A stretch of DNA of 64,000 nt from assembly GCF_048593235.1 (NCBI RefSeq), contig NC_133618.1, positions 59,120,478 through 59,184,477 on the forward strand, read 5' to 3'. Under the pieces are notes generated by a model that saw only the letters and a program-made list of their open reading frames with translations, searched no databases and was not told the DNA's origin. Position numbers and translations under genes: made by a program. Position 1 is the first letter of the stretch, and each line of letters begins with the position of its first letter. Below are positions 23,431-34,920 of the stretch, in pieces. This DNA is from Sminthopsis crassicaudata (taxonomy: Eukaryota).

Positions 23431-23603
23431 TTATTATTATTTTTTTTGAGGCTGGGGTTAAGGGACTGGCCCAGGGTCACACAGCTAGGAAGTGTTAATG
23501 TCTGAGACGAGATTTGAACTCAGATCCTCCTGAGTTCAAATTCCTGGGCAAGTCACTTAACCCCAATTGCCTCAGCAAAAAAAAAATAATAATAAATAAT
23601 AAT
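23431..23603. mobile_element. Fused head-to-head WSINE1 pair (fold-back structure)
   Basis: An antisense SINE switches into a sense SINE tail; both arms end in an A-run plus (TAA)n. Confidence 0.75.
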
Positions 23604-24021
23604 GGTGCTGAGGATTAACAACTAAGGAACCAGCAGTGACTCTGCTGTGTGACTCTGAGCGAAGTACTTCCCTTTCTGGGCCTCAGGTGGGGCAGGGGAC
23701 AGTGTTGGGTCTAGAGTCAGAGGAATCTGAATTCGAATCTAGCCTTAGACACCAAGTAGCCCTGGCAAACCAGTCTGACCTCATTTCTTTATCTGTGAAA
23801 TGGCGATAATTACAGTACCTGCCTCCCAAGGGAGTTGTTTGGGTCAAATGAAAAAATAATTACCACAGTGTCTGGCTTATTTTTATTTCTGTTCAGTCGT
23901 GTCCAATTCTTCGCGGCCTCATGACTCATGGTTGGCGTCACTTAAATATTAGCTATTATTATTGTCATTATTATTATGGGTGGGGGAGGGGTAGTGGTCC
24001 AGAAGCGCTCTACAGCCTTTG

Positions 24022-24043
24022 AACTACAAATCCCAGAATGCAT
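24022..24043 (+). promoter_or_regulatory. ZNF143/SBS motif in the ENKD1 promoter
   Basis: AACTACAAATCCCAGAATGCAT, a near-consensus match. Confidence 0.8.
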
Positions 24044-24094
24044 TTGCTCCGGGGAATTTTTTTTCCTCTTCCTTTCCCTCAGCAGGAAGCTGGT

Positions 24095-24107
24095 GTTGCT
24101 AGGCGAC
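24095..24107. promoter_or_regulatory. RFX X-box, ENKD1 promoter
   Basis: GTTGCTAGGCGAC, matching the GTTGCCATGGCAAC-type consensus; ENKD1 is a ciliary/centrosomal gene. Confidence 0.55.
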
Positions 24108-24473
24108 ACCAACTCCCGGTTGGGCGCTGGCGTTGCAAAAGTCTGGGCTTGGAGGTTGACTAGATCGGTGCTAGAGCTGGTGCTGGTGACTACCGAAGGA
24201 GGGATGGGGTGATGGGAGGGCTGGCGGCCTGAATGTGGGATTGGCTTGGGTCCTTCCCGAGATGGCGGGGCGGCATAGGGGAAGGTGGCCTAGGTGGGGG
24301 AGGGGGCGATGGGAGGAGGGGCAGACAAGGTGGGGAGAGAGCCAGACTTCTGTGGGGGCGGGGCGGCATGGGACCGGTCACCCAGCTCCGCTCCAGCCCC
24401 CAAACACTGACACCCCCTTCCACTTCCCCCTGCACCCCTCCCTCGTTCTCTTCTAGCAGCAGAAGCCCCAGCC

Positions 24474-26964
24474 ATGTGCGAGGGACCTTCCAAGATCTCG
24501 GGCCCCATCCCTCCTGATCCCACCCTGTTCCCCAACTACTATAAGCGGCCGGGCACACGTAAGTGGCTCCGCAGCCCCCGCGGGGGCGGTGGGCAGGTGC
24601 ACCTGGCGGCAAGTAGCCCCTACACTCCTCACTGGCTGGATGATTCCGTTCCGGCGGGGGAGCTAAAGCCCAATTTGCTCCATTTGTAAAGTATGACACT
24701 CTTTTAGGACATGGCTGATATGAAAATAGGTGTAATTTGTACCAGTTTGAGGGGAGGGGGAAAAAGAGGGAGACAATCTGGAACTCAAAATTAAAAAACA
24801 AAACTTTAATTGTTTTTTGGGGTGATTAAATATAAAATTTAAAGAGTAAAGTGGAAGTGGATAGTAACAAGCAGTAGCCATGATCATGTAAAATTTTATG
24901 CCCCTGTTTCACAGGTGGTTGCAAGCAAAGTATTTTCCAGCCCCCAAAGAGCTGTTCTCCACCTGTGAGTTATGATTATTCTAGCACCGCCCCTCTCCTG
25001 CTTGCTTCCAGCCCGAAGCCTTGAAGGAAGTGCTCGGAAGCTAAGCCTGGAGCTTCCCTGGCAACCAGGTGCCCCCCTGGACCAGCCTGCTCCTCGAATT
25101 CACCCCGGATCCCAGCAGAGCCTGGTGGGAGTTCTGCTGCAGCTCCAGGAGGTCTCGTTGGGCAGCGAGCCCTTGCCCAAGAGTAAGTGCTAAGAGCAGC
25201 AGCCTGGGCCACCTGGCACCAAGGAAGCTTCCCTTCCCCCACTGCCACTTACTCAGGCTTGGGGGCATGGGATGGGAAGCCAGGAAGACCAAGCCCTCAA
25301 AGGGAGACAATAATAGACCCATCCCCCAGGTGAGAACCACAGAATACATTGGAGTCCAGAGCTATCCATGGCCAGTCATGGTGGGCAGAGCATGGTGAGA
25401 GGCAGCATTTCTGGGGGCACAGGGCATCTCCTCTGGCTGAGCAGTCACATGGTGACTTCCTCTTCCATAAAAGGAGGGGCTTGGACCAGATGACGTTCAA
25501 GAACTTAGCAAACGGTCAGGCCTCTGTACCCATGAGCAGGCCTGGCAGTGTCTCCCTGATCCCCAGGGAAGGACCTGAAAAACCACGAGAAGGAGAACGT
25601 GAGGCGGATCCGGGAGATCCAGAAGCGGTGCCAGGAACAGGAGCGGGGACAAGACCACGGCCGGCCGAAGCCGCTCAAGGCCCTGTGGCGCTCGCCCAAG
25701 TATGACAAAGTGGAGTCCCGGCTGAAAGCCAAGCTGCAGGTACCCTCCCCCCTCCTCAGCCTGGCTGGGCTGGGGGCCAGGGGCTGCAGGGGGAGGGAGG
25801 GCTTCGCTTCGGAGCCCACCTGACACAGCCCCTCTGCTTCCCCCAGGAGCCCTCCCCTGCCTCTGTGCCAGAGCTGCCGGCTTTCCTTCGGGCTTATTCC
25901 CGCTGTGGACCTGGGGTGCAGCCTCGTCGTGGGGCTTCCACAGGCCTGGCTTTGCCCAGTACTGATGGCCTCCAGCCTCCGGGCCCTGACGCCAAGGTGA
26001 TGCATCTGCATGGGGTGCTGGGGTGGAAAGGTGGAAATGGCAGGGTGGCCCAGGACGGCCACCCATGCGTTCCCCTCTCCCACAGGGCCAGGGTCTGGCT
26101 GTGGACTTCATCACCCACAATGCTCGGACAGCCAAGGTTGCTCCGCGGCGGCGGTCACGCTCCCTGCAGTGTCTAGCCGAGGTACAGGAGCAACAGCGGA
26201 GGGCCCAGGAAGAGTACAACACCAGGCAGAAGGGCCACGTGCCCCACTAGTAGGTCCTTCCTAGTCCCTTCTCCATGCCCCATGCCCTCTGACCCCATCG
26301 GGGAGGCCCTCAGCCCAGCAGGAAGGGAGATAGCACCCCAGTCCCCCTTCCCACTTTGCCGAAGGGCTGAGGGAGGCCCATTGCATCTGGGCTGGTCATC
26401 TGGGGATGGGGTAGCTCATTCACTCTGCCCTTCGGTAGCCTGGTGGAACGGAAAGATCTGTGGCGCCGGGAAGCTGAGGAGCGCCAGCGAAATCAGCCTG
26501 ACCCTGAAATCCCCCTGGGTCATACCATGATGCCCGAGAGCCAGCGCCTGAGCACCTTGAACTCCCTTCTCCAGAGTGAGTGTCCGGGCCATTTAGGGTC
26601 AAGGGGCGCTAGGGAGAAGGAGCCAGAAGACTTTCTTCCCCCAAGTACCTCACTTCCCGCCAGCCTGATCCCCTGCTGACTGCAATTTTGCTAAGCAACA
26701 TCCATCCATGTCCAGCAGGGCCTAACTCCTACTGAGTCCTGGGGTCCTAACTACCCGAGGAAGGGAGTTGGAGCCCTGTCCCCTGAACCCTTTTCTTTCT
26801 CAGAACAAGAAGAACTGCTTAAGGAGCTGGTGCTATTGCCTTCTGGAGCTGACTCTCTTCGAGCCCAGAACCACAAGGCCGAGCTAGAGAAGAAGCTTTC
26901 CCAGGTGGAGGAGGCCCTCAAGATCTTCTCCCGACCCAAAGTCTTTGTCAAGATGGATTCCTGA
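24474..26964 (+). CDS. ENKD1: Enkurin domain-containing protein 1, 346 aa, 7 coding exons
   Basis: Exons 24474-24558, 25012-25182, 25567-25739, 25847-25996, 26086-26249, 26439-26575, 26804-26964 (1041 nt, all GT-AG, in phase). MCEGPSKISGPIPPDPTL, ENVRRIREIQKR, LKALWRSPKYDKVESR, QKGHVPHYL, KIFSRPKVFVKMDS*. Confidence 0.97.
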
Positions 26965-27165
26965 GCTCTTCCCCTCTGGCCCACAGGAAGGCCACTGGAA
27001 ACCTCTGCCCCTTCCAAAGAGGACTGGCTTGAGGGGTCCTGAAAGGGAAGGTTCTTGCACTTGTGACCCAAGTGTACCATGGTAACCCCCTGAACCCCCT
27101 CCCACAAGGGCAGCAGAAGGAACAAGCCCAGAGAGCCACTGTCAAGAATATTTTTCTGTTTTTAA

Positions 27166-27171
27166 ATTAAA
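27166..27171 (+). terminator. Poly(A) signal ATTAAA of ENKD1
   Basis: ATTAAA ~200 nt after the stop, followed by a T-rich downstream element. Confidence 0.6.
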
Positions 27172-27651
27172 CCTTTTTTTTTTACATGAGCAGTGAGCCC
27201 GATTTCCTTACTCCTGATCTCTTCCCAAGTTAATGTTTCTCTAGAAATGCCAGGCTAAGTGGGCATGGAGGCACAGAGAGGGGGCCTCTGCCAGCCACAT
27301 CAGTCAACTTTGGGGGGGGGAGAATGACAGGACGACGGCTATTCCTGCGGGACTCAAAGCTCAGCAGCCTTGCCAGTCCCGGGGAGTCATGCCGAGGGGG
27401 GTCCCAGGCCCCTTGGTGGCCTCCAGTGGATGAGGGCCAGGAGGAGCTGCTGCCAAGAACAATGACAGTGGGACAGCAGCACAGCCCACAAGACATCCTG
27501 GCTCCTTCCCCTTCCTCTTCCTGAGTCCTGGGAAGGAGGAAAGGGCCAGCTGTGGCCCCTACAGGCCTGGCCCCTTCTTGGCATTTGTGACTCAGCTGCC
27601 CCCAAAGAGCTTTCCCTGTAGTGGAGAAGGGCCAGTGTTTTCTAGAAAAGC

Positions 27652-27657
27652 TTTAAT
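27652..27657 (-). terminator. Poly(A) signal ATTAAA of PARD6A
   Basis: TTTAAT on + strand ~240 nt past the stop. Confidence 0.55.
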
Positions 27658-27898
27658 ATTTCACAGATGGGGAAGGATGTGTGAGCAAGGTCCCGCCTCA
27701 GCTCATGAAAAGGCAGCTCCCTGTCCGGCTGCCCACCGAGAGAGAGAGCTTGGGACCAGGGAGGGAGCCGGAGGTCGAGGAGGGGCACCTTGGGGGACTC
27801 TTATCCCTCCTTGGACCCGGGTCCACCAGCCCAGGCAGGGGCCAGAGTTGTGTGTGAGCAGAACAGCAGCCCCAGGGTTCGGCCAGGCAAAGCCCGGA

Positions 27899-30306
27899 CT
27901 ATAGAGTGACGCCACTGCCATCTTCCCTTAGACTGCCCCCCCGGGCAGGGCTGGCCCCGTCCTGACTGTCCAGTGACTGTAAGGACCCTCGAGAGCCGGG
28001 GAGTGAGCGGCTAGGCCGCAAGTCCCTGGGGGAGGGGGCCGGAGGCGTCCCATTTGAGCAGGGCGGGAGGTAGCCAGGCAGCCCGTGGCTCTCAATGACC
28101 AGGTCACTGTCCTCATCGCTGTCTGGCTCGGGAACTTCTGCAGGAGGGAGGGGTGCGGCAGGCTGTGCCCCCGCAGGTCGGCCCGCCCCGGCCCGCACCA
28201 CATTGTTGCGCTGGTTGGCTGGCTTAACGGTGACAATGAGGTTGTGGCTGTTGGCCACCATCATGTCTGTCACCTGGTCCAGCGACTTGCCAGCCACATC
28301 GATGCCGTTGACCTCCAGGATTTCGTCACTGACTGCCAGGAGCCCGGTACTCTCTGCCAGGCCGCCCCGAACCAGGCGGGAGATGAAGATGCCAGGCACC
28401 TTCTCCAGGCCTTGGGGCGCCACGCGCACGCTAACACCATCCCTGATGTAGAAGCCCAGTGGGCGGTCTGAGCCGTGCTTGTGTAGCTTCACTCGCCGGT
28501 GGCTTTCGGGCAGCAGGTCCACATCGATGACGGAGGAAATCTGCCGGAAGTCCTGGGGAAGGCTGATGAGTAGTGGGGGGCGTGTCCGATGGGGGGCTGC
28601 GGGCCGCAGGAGCAGCCCCTTCTTCCGGCGCTGCAAGGAGTTGGAGGTAAAGGCCATGCCCGTGGGATCGGCTTCTGCTGTGGGAGGGAACAGAGCTCAG
28701 CATTGTCCCCCACCAGCCCCCGGGGCCTACCTCAAGTTAGCTGGCTGCCAGCTTCCAGGGGAGTCCCTGAGCCAGTCTCCATCTGGTCTCTGGGCCTCCA
28801 AAGGCTGCCCCTTCCTTATGCAGCAGGGGGCCCGCCTCGCTTTGCCCAGCACCTTCTCTGCAGGCCCTGGTTTGGAGCCGGCTTCCCTGGGACACAGCTT
28901 GCCTAATGTGGTGCTCCCCTACCACACTGCCCCCATGCAGACCCAGGAGGCACAGGCACGAGAAAATAGAAGAACCCCACTGGGGATAACAGAGTGCTGG
29001 GCACCAGATGAAAAGTCTGGATTTGGAGTCCGAGGCTCAGGGTTCAAATCCTGCCTCTGCTGCTCATCACCTGTGTGACCTTGGATAAGACCCTTCCCTT
29101 CACCTCCTTTTCTTTATCTGTGAACTGACAGAGATGGAGCAGATGATACTTGTTTCTTTGCATGTTTGACCCAATGAGCTCCAGTGGGGGGGGGGCAGAG
29201 AGCACCTAGGTGCCCAAGCCACCCCAACCCACCCTGGCCTTCCATTCTCCAGCAGCCCCCCTGCAGCCTCAAAGTCCTTTTCCCACTGTCGTAGGCCTGT
29301 CTGCTGATCCAGCAGCAAGACACCCCGCCCCCACCCCTCCCCGTGACAGACCACGGCACCCCTCCACCGGCGCAGGCCTCTCACCCCTCTTCTGCACCAG
29401 CAGGCGGAGCGGCGGGTGCGTGCTGGCCAGCGCCCGGTGCAGGTTGTCGTCGTTGGTGAGGGGCAGCAGGTCCCCGTGCACATCGGTGTAGCCCAGCAGC
29501 ACGTCCAGGCCCGGGATCTGGTGCACAGCTCGAAGCAGCCGGGAGAACTCCTGGAAGCCCCCCACCGAGGCTCGAGGCAGGGCGAAGCGCCGGAACTCGG
29601 CATCGAACTGAGGGGAGGGGGCCCGAGTCAGGCTCCTGGCAGCCCTAGAGAGGGCCCGAGCCATCTTGGCGGGCAGAGCCTCCCCCGTGCCCAACACGCG
29701 CGCGCGCGCGCGCGCGCGCACACACACAGACACGGACCATCCAACCCCAGCCCGTATCCCCTCCCCTGGGAGGGGACCCTGAGGGCTCGGGCGGAGGGGG
29801 GAGGGGATCAGAGGAGAGGGTCCGCTCGGGAGAGCGGGGAGCAGCGAGGTGCCGCTGTTGATGGGGGGTGGGCTGAGGAGGGGCACGGACCGAGTAGGAG
29901 TCGGTGGGGAGCTGAATGCAGGGGACAGCTCCAGAACTCCGCAGCAGCAGCAGCAGCAGCAGCAGTAGGAAGCCTGGGCTAGGGCCCTCTGCACCCCTGC
30001 GCTGGGTCCGGACCCCACCCCGAGGGGCTGGCTCTGTATTCCCGGCAGGGGTCCGGGAGCGCGGCCAGCCCCCGCCCCCAGGTTCAGGCCCCGCCAGGGG
30101 CTGCAGCCCGAGCAGCCCAGGATGCCAGGGACAGAAGGGAGGACAAGGAGCGCAGAGGGGCGGGAGGCGGCTCAGGGATGGAGAAAGGGAGCCGGGACCC
30201 GGGCAGGGCGGGGGGGCGAGAGGCACGGGGCCGGGGCCCTTACTTTGCTCTTCACCTCGATGATGCTGTCGGGGCTCCGCGCCGGGGTCCGCTGAGGCTT
30301 GGCCAT
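27899..30306 (-). CDS. PARD6A: Partitioning defective 6 homolog alpha (PB1, semi-CRIB, PDZ), 354 aa, 3 exons
   Basis: Exons 30306-30244, 29607-29385, 28677-27899. [79 protein letters not shown]. Confidence 0.98.
28990..29135 (+). mobile_element. MIR-type SINE in PARD6A intron 2
   Basis: GGTTCAAATCCTGCCTCTGCTG..CACCTGTGTGACCTTGG. Confidence 0.75.
29695..29733. repeat. (CG)n(CA)n alternating purine-pyrimidine tract
   Basis: CA(CG)~11(CA)~5GACAC. Confidence 0.95.
29941..29965 (+). repeat. (GCA)8 trinucleotide repeat, PARD6A intron 1
   Basis: Direct reading. Confidence 0.95.
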
Positions 30307-31549
30307 GGCTGGGCCGGGGCCGGGCCGGGCCAGGGCTGAGGCCGAAGCGGCGCAGGTGCACAGCCCGGCCCCTCCCCGGCTTCCCCCGCCCGCGCCCTGC
30401 AGCAGTGCCCGCCCCGCCCCCTCTCCGCTCTCCCCTCCCCGCTCCTCTCCCTCTCTCTTCGCGCTGTCCGAGAGCCGCTCGCCCCTAAGACTGGGGAGGG
30501 GAGAGGAGGGGGGAGGTGGGTACCGACCATGACGTCACCTGCGAGGGGGAGGGGGAGGCTCCAAACGCGGATGGAACGCGGAGACAACGTTCCCTAGGTA
30601 ACTGGGGGTGGGAGGGGGAGGACTGGTGGCCCACTGTCAGCCCCAACGTGCTCGCGCGTGGGTGTGGGCCATGCGCTTCGCTCCCCCTCCCTCCTGGGCC
30701 CAGCGGGGCTCTCCGCGTCCCTGTCATTACTCGCGGCTTCCCCTCCCGAGCCGCGGGCCCGTTTCTTCCCCGGTGCAGAGTAGGGGAGGGCGGGGAAGGC
30801 CACGGTGGCCGGGACACAACCTCCGAGTCCTGACGCCCCGATCCCCGACCCAATGATGCGGCACCGCCTGAGCTCCCCTCCAGCAAAGGCCCGTATGGGG
30901 GACCGAGGGGGCCAGGACAGACTCCCCACCCCCGACCCCTCTGGGATAACCCCCTCGCTCTCCTATATTCATTCAAACAAAAACTGCTTAAACACTCCTG
31001 GACGCGTTGGGGGAAATACTCAGTTGAGGGCAGACCGTGGTCCCTGACGCTTACAGCCCCCCAGGGGGTACAGAGTGGGGGGGCGCAGATGCATGGGCGC
31101 CAGACAGTCTCAGGAGACTCCAGCTTCAATCCCGTCTGACAATACTGCTAGCTGTGGGCAAGTCATTTTCTTTGAGGGAGTTTCCACATCTGTGAAATGG
31201 ACACAATACCTGACCTTACAGGGTAGTGCCGCAGGTAAATCTTACAGAGCTAACATTAAGGCACAAAGATAGCTATAATAAACAAAATTACCTCCTAATT
31301 AGGGAGGTGCAAAACAAAGTTGTTTATGTGATCCAAGAAGGGTGTCATTACCAGTGGAGAGATGGGAAGAAGCTTCATGATGGAGACATGGAAGTGGGTG
31401 GGAGGATGGTTCTCCAAAAAGACAAGCTCTCTTTGTATTGTGTGACCTTAGATCAGTCACCGACCCTTGTCTATAAAGTGGGGTGAGGAGGGGGAATAGA
31501 AAGTATCTAAGGTTCATTCTAGTTCCGAATCTTCACAAATGGGATGCAT

Positions 31550-31710
31550 TCTCTCCCTCCTTCTCGTTCTCGGTCTCTATCTCAGTCTTCTTCCCTTTCT
31601 CCCTCTTTCTGTTTCTCAGTCTCCCTCAATCTGTCTCAAGGGCTCTCCCTTTCTCCCTCTCCCCTTTTCTTTCTGTCTCTTTCCCTCCATTGACCCAATC
31701 TTTTCCTCAA
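31550..31710. repeat. CT-rich low-complexity tract
   Basis: Direct reading. Confidence 0.85.
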
Positions 31711-32469
31711 AGTAGCTGCTTCTTAGCTTTCTCCAGCTGCTGGCAAAAAAAATCTCTCAGTTATCCCAAGAGGTAAAGACCTTATACTTTTGTTTCCTAG
31801 CAATGCCATCCCCAGGCCTGGCCATTTCTATGACTAACTGCTCCCTCCTCCAGAAGTTGCTCCAAGTAAATAGGGATTTCATGGTGCATTTTTGAAGCTA
31901 GCAATATTTCCTCACTAAAATATTAAACTGCACACATATTAACATACCTAATATTTAGTGAGCTAAAAATAGGGTTTATTTTGCTCCACTTTAACCCAGA
32001 GTACATTCTTCCCCAGTAGCTCCTCAGACAAACTTTTATGGCTTCTGTCAAATGTCATGAACACAAAAAAGGCTAGAGGAGTTTGGGAAAATGCTGCTCT
32101 AAGTCGTTATTTTAAAACAACATTTCTATGTCCACAGGACTATACTCTCCAAAACACTTGGGAAATAGGGTAAAGAGCTGGAAGAGAGCTCTGAGAAATT
32201 CCTTCTATTGAGAGATAAAATTGGGGTTCAGAGAGGAAGCTGTCTAGAATGGCACAGCTATCAGGAGCAGAGCTAGCATTTGAACTGGAGCTTTCTGACT
32301 TCTAATAGTAATAATAGCTAACACTGATATAGCACTTGCTATGTGTCAGGCAGCACTTGATAATTGTCTCATTTGACCCTCACAACTCTAGGAAAGAAGT
32401 ACTGTTGTTATTTCCATTTATAAATGAGAAACCTGAGAGGTAAAATGATTTGCCCAGGGTCATACAATT

Positions 32470-32790
32470 AGTGTCTTGTTCAGTTTTGTCCAATTCTTCA
32501 CGATCCCATTTGGGGTTTTCTTGGCAAAGATACTGGAGTGCTTTGCCATTTCTTTCTCCAGGTCATTTATGAGACAGAGAGGAAACTGAGGCAAATAGGG
32601 TAAAGTGACTTGCCCAAAGTCACACAGCTAGCAAGTGTCTGAGGCCAGATTTGAACCCTGATCTTGACTTCAGGCTTGGTGCTTCAGGGAGATGCTCATC
32701 AGTAAGTATATGAGACCTCATTTGAACTGATGTTCCTCACTCTAGGGCCCATTGCTCTGTGAACTATACGCCACCTAGCAGTAAATGAAA
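32470..32790 (-). mobile_element. MAR1-type SINE(s)
   Basis: GGGGTTTTCTTGGCAAAGATACTGGAGTG..TTTGCCATTTC..GGAAACTGAGGCAAATAGGG. Confidence 0.8.
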
Positions 32791-33149
32791 GATTCCAGCA
32801 TACTTCACGGAGGAGAGGGCAGAAGGGACACTGATTACCAGCATCCCCATATCTCCATGCTACATTTCTTTGTACCCTTCTTTGGAGCTTATGGCATTAT
32901 CCTCAGTAGTCGCAAATGTAATTTTGAAGGAGGGAGTGGTAGTAGATGGTGCAGTGGACAGAGCACTGCCCCCCCCCCAATTAATAAAAAAAGGATGAAT
33001 AATTTTTGAAGGACTTGATTTTTGGAAATAATGTTAAACCAATACAATTTAACACTTTTATTAGTTTTTGTTTTTGAGTAAAAATCAGTCACATTTAAGA
33101 TACTCAGTTAATAAGATTCATCATCATCATCATTGAATTTTTACAGTTT

Positions 33150-34335
33150 TAAGCTTTTCAAAGTACTCATTTAATTCTTTCATGCAAGGAGCATTTCCTT
33201 ATTAAAGCTTTTTATTTTCTAAATATATACATAAGGGTAGCTAGGTGATACAGTGGATGGAGCACCAGCCCTGAAGTTAGGAGGATCTGAGTCAAATCTT
33301 GCCTCAGACACTTAATATTTCCTAGGTGTGTGACCCTGGGCAAGTCACTTAACTCCAATTGTATCAGCAAAAAAGCCAAAAAAAAAAATCTATATGAATA
33401 GATAATTTTCAATACTCACCCTTGCAAAACCTTGTGTTCCAAATTTTTTCCTTCCCTTTTCTTTCCCCTCCCCTAGAAAGCAAGCAATCCAATATATGTT
33501 AAACAGGTGCAATTCCTATCTACATACTTCCACAATTATCATGCTGCCCAAAAAAATAAGATCAAAAAGGAAAAAAATGGGAAAGAACAAAAAACAAACA
33601 AGTGAGAATGCTATGTTGTGATCCACACTCAGTTCTCACAGCTCTTTCTCTGGATGAAGATGGCACTTTCCATCACAAGTCCATTGGAATTGGCCTGAAA
33701 AGAGCCACATCCACCAGAAGTGATCATCATATAATCTTCTTGTTGCTCTATGCAATGATCTCCTGGATTTGCTCACTTCACTTAGTATCAGTTCATCTAA
33801 CTCTCTCCAGGTCTCTCTGAAATCATCCTTCTGGTCATTTCTTACAGAACAATAATATCCTATTACATCCATATACCATAATTTATTCAGCCATTCTCCA
33901 ACTGACAGGCCTCCACTCAGTTTCCAGTTTCTTGCCTCTATTAAAAGGGCTGCCACACATTTCTGCACATGTGGGTCCCTGTCTCTCCTTTAAGATCTCT
34001 TTGAGATAAAAGCCCAGTAGTAACACTGCTGGATCAAAGGGTATGCATGCACAGTTTGATAATTTTTTGAGTATAATTCCAAATTACTCTCCAGAATGGC
34101 TGCTCTGTTTACAGCTCCACCAACAATGCATCAGTGTCCCGGTTTTCCCACATCCCCTCCAACATTCATCATTATCTTTTCCTGTCATTTTAGCCAATCT
34201 GAGAGAGATGAGCTGGTACTTCAGAATTGTTCTAATTTGTACTTCTTTGATCATCAATGATTTGGAGCACCTTTCCATATGACTAGAAATGGTTTTAATT
34301 TCTTCATCTGAAAATTGTTTATATCCTTTGAGCAA
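33150..34335 (-). mobile_element. L1 3' ~1 kb, interrupted by a WSINE1 at 33236-33388
   Basis: ORF2 C-terminal peptides KQFSDEEIKTISSHM..CSKSL, CWRGCGKTGTLMHCWW, GEWLNKLWYM. Confidence 0.9.
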
Positions 34336-34920
34336 GGAGCATTTCTTTAGTAGTTTACTGTGTAGTGGTGGCTAAAATAAATTTTAAAAACTCTCAGTGT
34401 TTACATGAGGAGGAAAAGGAAGCAGGGCACACCAACAACTTGGAAACAAAAATGGAAACAAAAATGGAGATAGCATTCCTCATTCCTTGGAGAGCACTTG
34501 GATTACAAATTTGGGGACTGGATTCAAATCCCAGATGTAAGTATATGTCTGTATATGTACATATTTTCTTTTCTTTGTTCTCCCAGAACTACACACATTA
34601 CTCACTTGGTACAAAATATGTAATAAATGCTTCTGTTAGGCACTTAGAAACCAGGTGACTGTGTTCAAGTCAATGAGGATAATGGTACTTGCACAGGGTT
34701 GATGAGAGGGGCACACTATAACTCCAAACAAACAGAACTGTATCTCAGAATTCTTCAATTATGTTCAACTCTTTATGACCTTATGTGGGGTTTTCTTGGC
34801 AAAGACTTGCCACGTCCTTCTCCAGTTTATTTACAGATGAGGAAACTGAGGCAAACAGGATGAAGTGACTTGCTCGGGGACACACGGCTAGTCTGAGGCT
34901 GGATTTGAATTGAATTCAGG

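Larger units (their letters stand above)
29350..31100. promoter_or_regulatory. CpG island, PARD6A promoter, exon 1 and intron 1
   Basis: CpG-dense; full CRE TGACGTCA 30530-30537; X-box GTTCCCTAGGTAAC 30589-30602. Confidence 0.8.
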
